From an uncultured virus (IMG/VR IMGVR_UViG_3300013121_000030) (taxonomy: Duplodnaviria; Heunggongvirae; Uroviricota; Caudoviricetes), in the IMG/VR virus record IMGVR_UViG_3300013121_000030, positions 96,001-160,000 of that record: DNA of 64,000 bases. One strand, 5' to 3'. The notes under the pieces were generated by a model. The model was not told the DNA's origin. It worked only from the letters and a program-made list of their open reading frames with translations, and did no database searches. The translations under genes were made by a program, and so were the position numbers. This document shows positions 46,307 through 56,113 of the stretch, piece after piece (position 1 is the stretch's first letter; every line of letters begins with the position of its first letter).

Positions 46307-47734
46307 ATGGGGTTGGATACCAAGTACAGGCCGAGAAGCTACGGGGATGTCCTAGGCCAGGAGGGGACAATCAAAATTTGCCGTGGGATTGTTGAGCGCG
46401 GACAGCGATTTCAACAATCCTATGTTTTTTATGGTCCGTGGGGGTCTGGCAAGACTACCTTGGCGAGGATCTTCGCTCGGGCGCTGCTGTGCTCCTCCCC
46501 TCAAAGGGGGGAACCCTGCGATCAATGTCCCTCATGCATATCGATTTTGAGGGGGTCGAGTGAGACCTTGGTGGAAATTGATGCTGCTACCTCCTCGGGG
46601 AAGGAGGATATCCGAAAGATCCGTGAAGATGCAGAATACGGGGCTTTTGGGGGATCCAGAAAGATCTACCTCATTGACGAGAGCCATGAGCTGAGCCGTC
46701 AAGCGATGGATGCTCTTCTCAAGCCTCTGGAAGACACATTCTTGGGATCGTTGGATAAGCGGCTCGTGTGCATTTTCTGCACTACGGAGCCCGCTAAGAT
46801 GAGATCTGCGATTATGTCAAGGTGTGCCCCTGCCTTCCGGATTCACCCCAATTCTCCCAAGCAGATCCGCGAGCGCCTGGAGAAGATTTGTGCGGCAGAG
46901 GGAATATCTGCGGATCCCGCGGCTCTGGAACTGATCGCGGAGGTCAAAGAGTCTCATATTCGTGACTGCCTCAAGGCAGTCGAAGCTCTTGCAACAAGAG
47001 GAGATATTGGGCTGGAGGGAGTCCGAGAATATCTCCATTTGGGTGCCTCAGAGTGGGTTTTGGAGGCGTTGGGGAAGGTAGGGGTTGACTGTACAGGGAT
47101 TTCTGCGCCCCTGAAGAAGTTGGAGGAAACTACATCTTCTTCAGTTGCGTATGAGAAGTTTGCGTCCTTGAGTCTGTTGGCATATTTGGTGTCCACGAAC
47201 AAGCAAACCCCAGTTCCGACATTTTTGAGTAGGACAAGGCTCCAAGAAATTGGAGATCGGTTGGGGGTCTTCCTGGTTAAGTGTGCTCGGACGTTCTCGG
47301 AACGTCCCTATCGGTCCACTTATACGATGCTGGTCTGCGATTTGTTGTACTTGGATGCCATGCAACGCGGACTGTGGGTGGAAGGCGGGTCCCCGAAGTT
47401 CCATGTGTCTCTTCCACCGGCACAGGGTGCCACAGAGACCACATCTCCGATGGATGTTCCCAACACCCCATTTGTGACAGAGACAGGGGTCAGCATCGAC
47501 CCCATCGCACGGAAGAGACCCACCGGGCACAAAGCCACTCCCGTGGAGGAATCGAAGGCGATGAAGGGCACTGAGATCAGCGCGGAATCGTTTTCGGTGG
47601 TATTGGTGGAGAAGGTTTTAGGAGCCACCAACCAGGAACAAAAGAGTGGATCGAAGGGACACACACTCATGGGTGACTCTCGAACTGACGCAAATCGGGA
47701 TCAACCTCATCGAGGAGAAGCGTCTGGAGAGTGA
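46307..47734 (+). CDS. dnaX: DNA polymerase III gamma/tau clamp loader ATPase
   Basis: KYRPRSY.DVLGQ, GPWGSGKTTLAR, PCDQCPSC, EIDAA, IDESH, ALLK.LE, SRC. Confidence 0.92.
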   Translation: MGLDTKYRPRSYGDVLGQEGTIKICRGIVERGQRFQQSYVFYGPWGSGKTTLARIFARALLCSSPQRGEPCDQCPSCISILRGSSETLVEIDAATSSGKEDIRKIREDAEYGAFGGSRKIYLIDESHELSRQAMDALLKPLEDTFLGSLDKRLVCIFCTTEPAKMRSAIMSRCAPAFRIHPNSPKQIRERLEKICAAEGISADPAALELIAEVKESHIRDCLKAVEALATRGDIGLEGVREYLHLGASEWVLEALGKVGVDCTGISAPLKKLEETTSSSVAYEKFASLSLLAYLVSTNKQTPVPTFLSRTRLQEIGDRLGVFLVKCARTFSERPYRSTYTMLVCDLLYLDAMQRGLWVEGGSPKFHVSLPPAQGATETTSPMDVPNTPFVTETGVSIDPIARKRPTGHKATPVEESKAMKGTEISAESFSVVLVEKVLGATNQEQKSGSKGHTLMGDSRTDANRDQPHRGEASGE

Positions 47735-48209
47735 GATTCGTCGTCTTCTGAACGTGGATGCGTCGTGGCCGATTTTTGTTCCGGTTCGATTGTACGAAAA
47801 GAATGGACGAACCATAGCCCTCCATCTCATGGAGGGCTATGTGTTTGTAGCTGCTGGACTGGATGAGATCCGCTATTTTAGGTTGGAGAGGACTAAAATT
47901 GTGGAGAGAGTCCTCTCCAGCAAGGACCCCAACTCTGGGGTCAAAGTCCTTAAGGTCCTCCCCGATTCCGAGATCCAAATTTTACGTTCCCAGTTGTGCG
48001 AGCGAGTAACGGAGGATCTCGCAGAGGGAACCCCTGTGGTGATCACACAGGGAGTGTATGCGAGGTTGGAGGGGAGAGTCGTAGATTCACTTGGGGAAGA
48101 CCCCAATAATATCTTGGTTCTCTTCAACTTCAGGTCGATGAGTCGGATCTCGAAGATACCCAGGGAATTTGTTGAAGTGGTATCAGGGGAGTCACAGCAT
48201 GTGGTATGA
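47646..48209 (+). CDS. NusG/RfaH-family transcription elongation/antitermination factor
   Basis: NGN-like IFVP...LMEGYVFV and KOW GTPVVITQGVYARLEGRVV. Confidence 0.8.
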   Translation: MDRRDTHSWVTLELTQIGINLIEEKRLESEIRRLLNVDASWPIFVPVRLYEKNGRTIALHLMEGYVFVAAGLDEIRYFRLERTKIVERVLSSKDPNSGVKVLKVLPDSEIQILRSQLCERVTEDLAEGTPVVITQGVYARLEGRVVDSLGEDPNNILVLFNFRSMSRISKIPREFVEVVSGESQHVV

Positions 48210-49083
48210 CTCCCAATTTACAAGTTTGGCGGATATAGCTTCGAGAATTCCGGACCATTCTGCTTTGGAGCAGATGGAGGCCCTGATTCAGGGGTTGGGG
48301 GATGATCCATCGGAGTCGGCGCAGAAGATGCTGGAGAGGGTACGGGAGTCAATCTCACAGCTCCCAGAGCGGGAGGCCGACTTCGTTGAGCTGTACTATT
48401 TTTTGTTCAAGACTCAGACAGAGATCGCCTACCTCTTTCGAGTTAGCCAGCCGACCGTTTGTTATCGTCTCCAAAGGGCAGCCAGGAGGATCCGATTTCT
48501 GTTGTCCCTGCCGACACTCTCGGACGATGATTTGCACAAAATGGGTGAGGATCTGAACAAGGTCTTGAAGGACCCCATAAACGACCCGAAAATTCTCATT
48601 CGGATGTACCACACCTCTTGTCAAAGTGTGGTAGCCAAGGAGATGGGGGTGTCCCAAGGGAAGATCCGCCATCGTTTGATGCGGTCGATTGATATTCTGA
48701 GTAGGCTCAAAAACAGGTCCGAGGACTTCAAAAAATACTATGACCTTTTTGTTCTGATTGTTGAAGCCTCGAACATCCGAAGAGAGGTTCAGAGGCCCTC
48801 CTCTGGGTCCAAGATGAGGTACATCCTGGATTGTGACCCTGATCCTAATATCTCCTCCTTTGCTGTCTTTGAAGATGAGGATCTTCTTCTAAGTGAAGTT
48901 GGGAAGGCTTCGGGAGAAGTGAGCCTTGTCTGGAGGGAGGTTCAGAAGTTATTGGTGTGGGCAGAAGTGGACATGGTTTGGGGTGATATTCAGGTTCAAA
49001 TCTCTGCGAGGGAACAATCAGAAGGGTCCTTTGAGGCGGACTTCATTGCCCGAGAAGTCCTTGGGGTTGTGTTAGGGGCTTGA
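48199..49083 (+). CDS. protein with tandem sigma70 region-4-like HTH domains
   Basis: LPEREADFVELYY...TQTEIAYLFRVSQPTVCYRLQRA and a second CQSVVAKEMGVSQGKIRHRLMR. Confidence 0.75.
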   Translation: MWYDSQFTSLADIASRIPDHSALEQMEALIQGLGDDPSESAQKMLERVRESISQLPEREADFVELYYFLFKTQTEIAYLFRVSQPTVCYRLQRAARRIRFLLSLPTLSDDDLHKMGEDLNKVLKDPINDPKILIRMYHTSCQSVVAKEMGVSQGKIRHRLMRSIDILSRLKNRSEDFKKYYDLFVLIVEASNIRREVQRPSSGSKMRYILDCDPDPNISSFAVFEDEDLLLSEVGKASGEVSLVWREVQKLLVWAEVDMVWGDIQVQISAREQSEGSFEADFIAREVLGVVLGA

Positions 49084-49131
49084 GTACAGCGCTTTTCCTA
49101 TTATGGAAAAGGGGGAGGTAGAGCCCTTCTT

Positions 49132-49446
49132 ATGCCCCGACCCCCCAACAAGACTAAGATTGTACGCTCCATTGTGATGGCCAAGAGTGTGGCTTCATCG
49201 TGGCTGGAGAAAAAGTCCAAGCCCGAATATCGTTTTTTTGTGATGGCCTCACCCAAGTTCTTCGCATCATATCTCCGGGCTTTTCGAGATGGGAAAGTGC
49301 GAATTGCCAGCCTCACGAGGATTCCGGACCTGGGGGTCCAGGAGTCCGGACATGGATTCTATGTCTGGTCCTCAGACGTAAACTCTCTTCGGTCTCTGAA
49401 GGAATACTTCTCGGTCAAGGGCATCGAGACTTCATGGATCTGGTGA
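49132..49446 (+). CDS. hypothetical (virion-like) protein
   Basis: AKSVASSWL, VRIA motifs. Confidence 0.6.
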   Translation: MPRPPNKTKIVRSIVMAKSVASSWLEKKSKPEYRFFVMASPKFFASYLRAFRDGKVRIASLTRIPDLGVQESGHGFYVWSSDVNSLRSLKEYFSVKGIETSWIW

Positions 49447-49447
49447 T

Positions 49448-49888
49448 ATGGCAACGACGACTCTCAAGGAGGCGTGTTTCACTTACATCGTCCGCACAAG
49501 CAATCGGTGCGAACCACCATGGCTTTTTACAGTCGTTCGTAATCAAGATGGGACTCTGGGAGTCCGGAATATCATCGGCCCTTATGGGCCTCTGTGCAAC
49601 ACAGGGGCTCAAATCCCGGAAGAAGTTCTGGAGGCAATTCAGGACTCCAAAAATCAGGTGGAGGATATCTTGTCCCACACTGGCCAGCTCTCAGGAACCC
49701 TGACGTTTACAAACCAAACGAGCGCATCGATTACATTTTCTGCGCCGTTCACGAGTACGAATTACATCGTCCTGGTGTCTCTTCAGGAGTTCGTTCCCTG
49801 GAAAATCTCCAACAAAACCACAACAGGATTCGACATCGAGCTGGGGGTCACCTTCACAGGCACAGTCCAGTACATCGTCTTTGTTTGA
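49448..49888 (+). CDS. putative structural protein
   Basis: C-terminal beta domain ..NKTTTGF.I.. typical of tail/fibre accessory proteins. Confidence 0.6.
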   Translation: MATTTLKEACFTYIVRTSNRCEPPWLFTVVRNQDGTLGVRNIIGPYGPLCNTGAQIPEEVLEAIQDSKNQVEDILSHTGQLSGTLTFTNQTSASITFSAPFTSTNYIVLVSLQEFVPWKISNKTTTGFDIELGVTFTGTVQYIVFV

Positions 49889-49899
49889 GGTAGTCTGCC

Positions 49900-51492
49900 A
49901 TGGCTCAATCTCCATTTCGCTCTGACCAGTTCCAGATTGAAGGGGATTCGTCTCCTTCCTTGGGTAGCCGACTCATCCTGGATGATCCCCTGGATGGATC
50001 CCTCCGCTTTGTTGATCCTAGAATCCCTGGGGGAGTCAACCTCACAGCCTTGGCTGGGCTCCAGCAAGTGGCTCGGGTTCTGGTGGTTTCCCCTTCGGGA
50101 ATTGGGGCTTCCAAGGATAGTGATGGGGACCCAATCACCACAATCCAGGCAGCCCTGGATGCGGTCCCAGACACCTCTGGGCCCACAGATCCATGGGTGA
50201 TTTTGGTGGGCCCAGGTGTCTATCAGGAAGACATCATCCTCACGAAGACCTATGTTTGGCTTGTTGGGTTGGGGGGTGTGACGCTCCGCCCTGCAACAGC
50301 TACGAGCACGGTTCGAGTGGTAGCTGGGCCCTCAACGGTGCCACAGAGGGTGACACTTCAAAATTTGACGATCGAGTGCCCAAATGCCAATCAGGCGTGC
50401 GTGGATGTCCTTTCGTCGACGTTTGCCATGGCAACAATTACGTTGGCGTCCAACCCAAACGTTGGGGACTCCCTGACAATCAATGGGATCGTGCTGACCG
50501 CAATCGCAGTCGGGGGCATCCCTGCACCATTCGAGTTTGCACTTGGGGCGACGACCACAGCGACGGCTTCTAATATTGTGGAAGCAGTCCAGGACCCCCT
50601 TAATCTGCTTGTAGGGGTGGTGGTGGCGACTTCATCTGCGGCAGTGGTAACACTTCGGGCTCAAGATCCTGGCGCTGCAGGAAACGCGCTAACTTTGTCC
50701 ACTTCAGTCCCTTTGGTGATGGTGTTGTCGGGAGCTACTTTTGCTGGGGGGCAAGACGAATCCTCCAACTCTCTTGTTGGTCTGGAGTCCATCCTGATCA
50801 CAGAGTGCGTTTTGGCAGCATCTACCACGCCTTGTTACCAAGTTCGGGCCAAAGCAATTAATGTGGTCCGTTGCACTCGATGCAGCGCGTTGGGGTCTAG
50901 CACAGGAAGCTATGTGGATGTGCGAGAGTGTGCAGAGGCCTCCCTGACTGATGTTAGGGGCCTATATCGCCTGGAGATGCACTATGACGCTGCTGCAGCT
51001 TTTCTTCCCTCTGTTCCAACCAGCGCCTATTCCCTGACTCAGGTTGAGGCTTCTGAAGATTTCAATTCAGCTCTTTCAGGACAGGGATCGCTGACAATGC
51101 TGTCCTCTGCGGCTGGGAATACCGCGTTCTCGGGGGATCGGATGTGGGTTGTGCGGGATTCATACCTGGGGAACCTCCAGGTAGGGATCCCATCTCCAAC
51201 GGTGACCCTTAGTCAGAGTGTTCGTGGGTCTCTGACTGGGTTTGGAGTGGGAACTTTCGAGGAGACGATGGTTGCGGGGTCCGCGACATTTGTGGCTTCT
51301 TCCTTTGAAGACGTTGTGTTTCAGGTGCCGCAACCTGACACGAGCTACATTGTGATGTTGGAGAGCAGTCTTGTTCCAGCTGCGGTGACTGATATCCCAA
51401 CGATCACAAACAAGGCGGCGACGGGGTTCCGTATCGAATTTGGGGCTCCTCAGTCCGTTACGATTCGTTATGCCGTATATCGAGACGTATGA
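49900..51492 (+). CDS. putative structural protein (beta-helix plus sheath-like insert)
   Basis: TTIQAALDA...PGVYQE, GDSLTINGIVLTA...GAAGNALTL, C-terminal NKAATGF. Confidence 0.65.
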   Translation: MAQSPFRSDQFQIEGDSSPSLGSRLILDDPLDGSLRFVDPRIPGGVNLTALAGLQQVARVLVVSPSGIGASKDSDGDPITTIQAALDAVPDTSGPTDPWVILVGPGVYQEDIILTKTYVWLVGLGGVTLRPATATSTVRVVAGPSTVPQRVTLQNLTIECPNANQACVDVLSSTFAMATITLASNPNVGDSLTINGIVLTAIAVGGIPAPFEFALGATTTATASNIVEAVQDPLNLLVGVVVATSSAAVVTLRAQDPGAAGNALTLSTSVPLVMVLSGATFAGGQDESSNSLVGLESILITECVLAASTTPCYQVRAKAINVVRCTRCSALGSSTGSYVDVRECAEASLTDVRGLYRLEMHYDAAAAFLPSVPTSAYSLTQVEASEDFNSALSGQGSLTMLSSAAGNTAFSGDRMWVVRDSYLGNLQVGIPSPTVTLSQSVRGSLTGFGVGTFEETMVAGSATFVASSFEDVVFQVPQPDTSYIVMLESSLVPAAVTDIPTITNKAATGFRIEFGAPQSVTIRYAVYRDV

Positions 51493-51504
51493 TACGGAGG
51501 AACC

Positions 51505-52050
51505 ATGTCCGAAGATTTTTGGAAGAGATTCAATGTGATCCCAATTACCACAACAGGTTCGGGGGCGATTGACCATTTCTTTGCATCCAACTCGGCGAGA
51601 GTTCCTTCTGAACTTGTGACGGCCCTGCAGGGGGTTCCAGCACTCGTGGCTGGGACGCGGGTGGCAATGGCAGCGAGCCTGGAGGCCACCTTGGCCTATT
51701 CTGGGGGGCCAGCCTCTGGTTCGGAGGGGACTGTGGTTCTTGTGAGGACGGCCTCTGGGGATACAACAACTGCGGGAAACACGGTTTTTGTGAAGTGGGA
51801 CTCTGGAGGATTTTTCCCAGTCTCTATTCACCACCTTGTGCCTGCGGCAAAGAATCGGAAGACGGCTGCGAACTTTGTGCGAGTGTCAGCAGGGATGGGG
51901 GATTTGGATGATTTCTTCCGTACCTCAGCGGATTCCCAGGACCTCGTGCATAAGGCGACCCAGGACTTGTGGTCATTGAAGACCACGACCAAGGGGGAGA
52001 TTTATCTTGCACGTCTCTTCAACGAGGCAGGGGACCCCCTGAAGGTATAA
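51505..52050 (+). CDS. putative virion protein
   Basis: VRTASG, RKTAA, DLVHKATQDLWSL. Confidence 0.6.
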   Translation: MSEDFWKRFNVIPITTTGSGAIDHFFASNSARVPSELVTALQGVPALVAGTRVAMAASLEATLAYSGGPASGSEGTVVLVRTASGDTTTAGNTVFVKWDSGGFFPVSIHHLVPAAKNRKTAANFVRVSAGMGDLDDFFRTSADSQDLVHKATQDLWSLKTTTKGEIYLARLFNEAGDPLKV

Positions 52051-52051
52051 G

Positions 52052-52624
52052 ATGGCCCTGTCCAAGCAACAGCGAATGGCTCGGAAGGTCGCTCTTACTT
52101 ACATGTCAAGGGTGACTAAGGAGACAACTCCCCGCCGGAAAACTGCGGGGGAGGTCATCTTCCGCAAGGATACTTCGGGGGATGCTGGGGCCTGGGCGTA
52201 TGGGATTCCAGGGGGTAGCCAACGTAATCTCCCACCTGACTTCCAATTTTTGCCTAAGCACGTCAAACCCCTCGCCAAAGTCCTCAAAGCAACATTGGCG
52301 GCTCTTGGGCATTCCTTGTCGGCACAAGGAAAGTTTGCCAAGATCAAGTCGGCTCAGGTGAGCCCAGATGGGTTTTTGGGGGGCCGAGGTTACATCCAGA
52401 AAATCTCGGACATCCGTAGGCAATATATGAACATTGTGGAGGCACTCTCCGCAATTTCCGATACGTTGTACGATGAGATCGTGGTCGGTCCACATTGGTC
52501 GGCCGTACAGCGTCAAAAGAATCCTGCGGTGCAGAAGGAAGTGGGAGAGCTTCTGGCTGAGGCGGAGGGCATCCGTGAGGACCCTGAGGGTTGGGCTGAA
52601 AAGGCCGAAGAGGGAGATGAGTGA
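52052..52624 (+). CDS. putative virion protein
   Basis: ARKVALTY, RKTAGEV motifs. Confidence 0.6.
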   Translation: MALSKQQRMARKVALTYMSRVTKETTPRRKTAGEVIFRKDTSGDAGAWAYGIPGGSQRNLPPDFQFLPKHVKPLAKVLKATLAALGHSLSAQGKFAKIKSAQVSPDGFLGGRGYIQKISDIRRQYMNIVEALSAISDTLYDEIVVGPHWSAVQRQKNPAVQKEVGELLAEAEGIREDPEGWAEKAEEGDE

Positions 52625-54678
52625 TGGCTTCCAACATGCCCAAAGAATTGAATGAGGGGTGGGCTAGCAACCTCCTCCTGGACGGATTTCAGCACGATAT
52701 GGACTACGGAGCTGGCATCCGAGAGCGATACTTGACAGAGATGTCTTCATCTGTGGATAATCTTCCGGATGGGATTGTGACAGACACCTCGGAGCCACAA
52801 GAAGATGTCCACATGGGGGGAGTGTTGGAGGATCTGACGGCTCTCAATATTGTGGCTTCGGCATTGGAAACTCCTCTCCTCCCAACGGAGGGGGTGGTAG
52901 ACCACACATGGCTCTCGGATGCCACTCAGGACCCAAATCGTCTCCCACATCAAATGGATGTGTTGACACAGCTTCAGCACTTGTGGGGGACTCGAACGGA
53001 TGGAATTTTTAGGGTCCCGGCGCAAGAGAGAGTCATTGTTGAGACTCAAGAAGACCCTCCCACAAACATTGTAGAGCCTTCCTATGATGTTGCTGTTCAA
53101 GCCATTGAGCCGCTCCTGCGGTCCGCAATGAGATTGGCAAGCAGTGGCAAATCAGTGGCTGCTGTGCTTCAGCCCAGGGTTGGGGAGAAGATTTGGGAGA
53201 AGTTGAGGCCTCTCGTTGCAGCCCTGGAGAAAGAGAAGGGTCTCCTGGGGACTGTTTATTTGTACGCCTCGGCGTACCCGAGGCTCCATCTTGGACAGTG
53301 GTCCAAGAGTCTTAAGACTCATTCACGTAATGCGACCTTTTTGGTCAGCCCCTCGACTCGCCCCGAGGATGTGGCGAGGATTGAGGGTGCAACGGGATTG
53401 CGGGTTGTTTCTTCGGTGAAGGAAATCCCGTGGGTGGAGGAGTGCTGGCGTCGGACTGGTGTGGAAGTGGCTTCGGTGGGTGAGGCCAAACGAGCTATAA
53501 AGGCTCACTACGAACCCAAGACCGTTTCAACGGTCTATCATGATGGGATTCGGCTTCCTCAAACACACCCCATGGATAGGGTGACCCGTAAAGAGGCAGA
53601 GGAGGCTCTTCAGAATTATCGGGTTCCCGCAGTTGAAATTCGGACGATTGCGGATCGGGTCAAGTCTCGGATGGCTCAGGAATCTCTCTTTACCTTGAAG
53701 AGGTGGGTCAAGGCAGGGCAGATTGCTCCAGAACTGGCTGAGTCCTTGTCAAAGTTGGGCCCTCAAGAGGCTTTGCGTCGTGCTGCTCAGATGATGGTGG
53801 AGGTTCAAAAGAGGCAGTACAAAGGCTTTTCACAACCACAGCGGCAATCCTCGCTGTCCGATGAGGCTCTCCGAGCACACCTCCAAGAGGCTCGGGATGT
53901 GCTCCGCAACGGTTGGGCACAACAAGCTCAAATCAGGTTGGCCAAAGAAGCGCAACGAGATTTTTCCCGGCGTTCAGGTGAACTCACCCGCATGGTCCGC
54001 CAACGGATGTTGCCCCCACACGAGGCAGAGCGTTTGATGGGGGATTCTCGCTCAACACGAGAGGTGTTGAGGGAGGCGGCCGAGATTGCCGCACAGCCTT
54101 CTCGTGCAGGATCGTTTACTGGGTCTTCTCAAGTCGTGAAGGCCCGAGAAGTTTCTCATGCGCAAATTGGGCACGTTCTTCGGAGGTCTGAGGAACGAAC
54201 AGCTCAGCAGAAAAAGGTTGTGGAGGGTCGTGTCCTCTCCAAGGAGTTGAAGCAGAAGGCTCTTTGGGTGCAAAGAGTTGCAGAGCGTGGTCTTTGGGGC
54301 AAAGAATTCGTCGCCAAGGTGGCGTCGCAATTGACTCCAGAAGACACCAAAGCCTTGTGGCCCTACATCGGAGAGCTGGTGAAGAAACAGGCGGCCTTGT
54401 CATCTTCCCCCTCGCAGGGGGGGGAATATTCGGGGCACAGAAATACGGGACATGTTCTTCAGAGCCGAGCTTCTGAGGTTTTGCAACGCGAGGCTAAGTC
54501 GTTCAAGCGGCGGGCAAGCGACGGAGAATCGAAGCTCAAGAAGACAATCCAGGACTCAACGTGTGCTCCAGTGCGCAATGAGGCTGAGGAGCTGCAACTT
54601 CACAACCCACTGGAGAGGATCCCAGAGCAGCAAGTTCGCAAACCTCGTCCAATGCAGGATGTGGAGTTCGATCAGTAA
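52624..54678 (+). CDS. large putative virion/internal head protein
   Basis: About 684 aa, acidic N-terminus, repeated helical units. Confidence 0.6.
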   Translation: MASNMPKELNEGWASNLLLDGFQHDMDYGAGIRERYLTEMSSSVDNLPDGIVTDTSEPQEDVHMGGVLEDLTALNIVASALETPLLPTEGVVDHTWLSDATQDPNRLPHQMDVLTQLQHLWGTRTDGIFRVPAQERVIVETQEDPPTNIVEPSYDVAVQAIEPLLRSAMRLASSGKSVAAVLQPRVGEKIWEKLRPLVAALEKEKGLLGTVYLYASAYPRLHLGQWSKSLKTHSRNATFLVSPSTRPEDVARIEGATGLRVVSSVKEIPWVEECWRRTGVEVASVGEAKRAIKAHYEPKTVSTVYHDGIRLPQTHPMDRVTRKEAEEALQNYRVPAVEIRTIADRVKSRMAQESLFTLKRWVKAGQIAPELAESLSKLGPQEALRRAAQMMVEVQKRQYKGFSQPQRQSSLSDEALRAHLQEARDVLRNGWAQQAQIRLAKEAQRDFSRRSGELTRMVRQRMLPPHEAERLMGDSRSTREVLREAAEIAAQPSRAGSFTGSSQVVKAREVSHAQIGHVLRRSEERTAQQKKVVEGRVLSKELKQKALWVQRVAERGLWGKEFVAKVASQLTPEDTKALWPYIGELVKKQAALSSSPSQGGEYSGHRNTGHVLQSRASEVLQREAKSFKRRASDGESKLKKTIQDSTCAPVRNEAEELQLHNPLERIPEQQVRKPRPMQDVEFDQ

Positions 54679-54710
54679 TCATCCATTCCACGGATGGAGA
54701 TGGAGGACAC

Positions 54711-55187
54711 ATGAAGAAGAAAGCCGCAGTAGTTGGTCCTTGTGATACTGAGAAGGCACCGGAGGTGATCCAGTCTCTCCAGTGGCTCCTTGCTCTTCTC
54801 CGGGCGATGTTCACGAACTATCAGGAATCCCACTGGATTTTCAGAGGGTACGACAATCACCTCCTCTTTCAGCGCCTCTATGAGGCTGTGGATGGAGAGA
54901 TTGATGCACTTGGTGAGAAGATGGTGGGCTACTGTGGCGATGCAGTGGTCAACCCGGTCCTTGACCGGCAGATGCAAATGTATTGGACGTCTCGGTGGAC
55001 AAAGGTGGAGTGCCCTTTCCATCGCGGGCTTGAGGCCGAGGGAGACTTCCAAAATGTTGTCTCGGACCTCTACGACCAACTGGATGAGGCTGGGATCATG
55101 CTCATGGGGATGGATGACATGCTCATGAGTATGAGCAACACCCACGACACCCACCAATACCTCCTCAAGAGGGTGGCTGGACAATAA
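54711..55187 (+). CDS. Dps/ferritin-like protein
   Basis: YQESHW...HLLFQRLYE...EIDALGEK; C-terminal H....Y.L. Confidence 0.8.
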   Translation: MKKKAAVVGPCDTEKAPEVIQSLQWLLALLRAMFTNYQESHWIFRGYDNHLLFQRLYEAVDGEIDALGEKMVGYCGDAVVNPVLDRQMQMYWTSRWTKVECPFHRGLEAEGDFQNVVSDLYDQLDEAGIMLMGMDDMLMSMSNTHDTHQYLLKRVAGQ

Positions 55188-55750
55188 TGCCCTCAACGAC
55201 TCAGCCTCCATATCGATTGATTGCTCCGGGCTTTGAGAGATCTGGTGAGCCCGACCTGGGCTACAATCGGATCATCACTCGTTATGGAATGCAGGAGCAG
55301 TTGATTCAGTTTTTGGGTATCTCCCCAGCTCTCGGGTTCCAGGCAGCTAACCAAGTTACGAGTTCTTTTTTTGCCCTGACTGACCCGCAGGCTGCGGTAG
55401 GTCCCTCGGCGGTGGTGACGGTCTCCAACACCACCTTTGTGGGACAGTCCGCGAGTCTCTTTGTGGGCCCCTACGAGCTGGTTTCAGAGATCGATTTTGT
55501 GATCGCGGGCGGAGCCGCTGCAATCGCCGCCTCGATCGCCACTGCAGTTTCTGCGCTACCGGGGTTCACAGGAACGCCTGTGGGTGCCGCAGTCACGGTG
55601 ACCAGGAAGGGAGGGATCGCCCCAGACGAGCTGAGGTTCTCTGCTTCCTACCGTGGGGGGAATGTGAACTTTACGTTCACATGGCCCACCAATGTGGGGT
55701 ACCTGGGCTACACCACGAACATCGTGCAGCCCATGCAGCCCTTCATGTAA
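55187..55750 (+). CDS. putative structural protein
   Basis: DF.I.G....AASIATAVSALPGF...GA.VTVT pattern like the insert in 49900..51492. Confidence 0.55.
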   Translation: MPSTTQPPYRLIAPGFERSGEPDLGYNRIITRYGMQEQLIQFLGISPALGFQAANQVTSSFFALTDPQAAVGPSAVVTVSNTTFVGQSASLFVGPYELVSEIDFVIAGGAAAIAASIATAVSALPGFTGTPVGAAVTVTRKGGIAPDELRFSASYRGGNVNFTFTWPTNVGYLGYTTNIVQPMQPFM

Positions 55751-55773
55751 GTTCGCTCGTGGCGTGCTACACT
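55745..55773 (+). promoter_or_regulatory. class A promoter ATGTAA-N13-GTGCTACACT
   Basis: ATG 7 nt downstream; TGTAA includes the upstream stop codon. Confidence 0.75.
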
Positions 55774-55780
55774 CGGGGTC

Positions 55781-56110
55781 ATGGTTACCCCCATCACCCC
55801 CCAAGAACTGAAGGCAAGGCGTTCGCAAATCCCTGACTTCGTGATCGACGTCTTCAATGACCTCATTGCGGAGAATTTCGACGGCAGGAGTGCGGTTATC
55901 CTTCAGGAAGATGTTGTGAAGCGGCTGTTGCCTCTTGTTCAGGTCCATGAGGGCCAATCGATATCCCCCAACGCTCGTCGAGAGATGGTGTTCAAGAAGG
56001 GGTGGCTGAATGTGGAGGCCCTGTTTGAGAAGCAGGGATGGAAGGTGGCTTACTACAAGCCCGACTATAGAGAGGATGGGTATCCCAGCTTCACCTTCAC
56101 GGCACCGTAG
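55781..56110 (+). CDS. phage hypothetical protein (predicted leaderless)
   Basis: PITP...IPDFVI..FN.LI...WL..E..F...GWKV.Y.KP pattern. Confidence 0.7.
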   Translation: MVTPITPQELKARRSQIPDFVIDVFNDLIAENFDGRSAVILQEDVVKRLLPLVQVHEGQSISPNARREMVFKKGWLNVEALFEKQGWKVAYYKPDYREDGYPSFTFTAP

Positions 56111-56113
56111 TCC

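Noticed and set aside
37665-47734. Programmed frameshifts at long overlaps (ruvC/recA, dnaX/nusG)
   Set aside because: The overlapping tails look like non-conserved run-on, downstream genes have their own starts, and no clear slippery site with a stimulator was seen.
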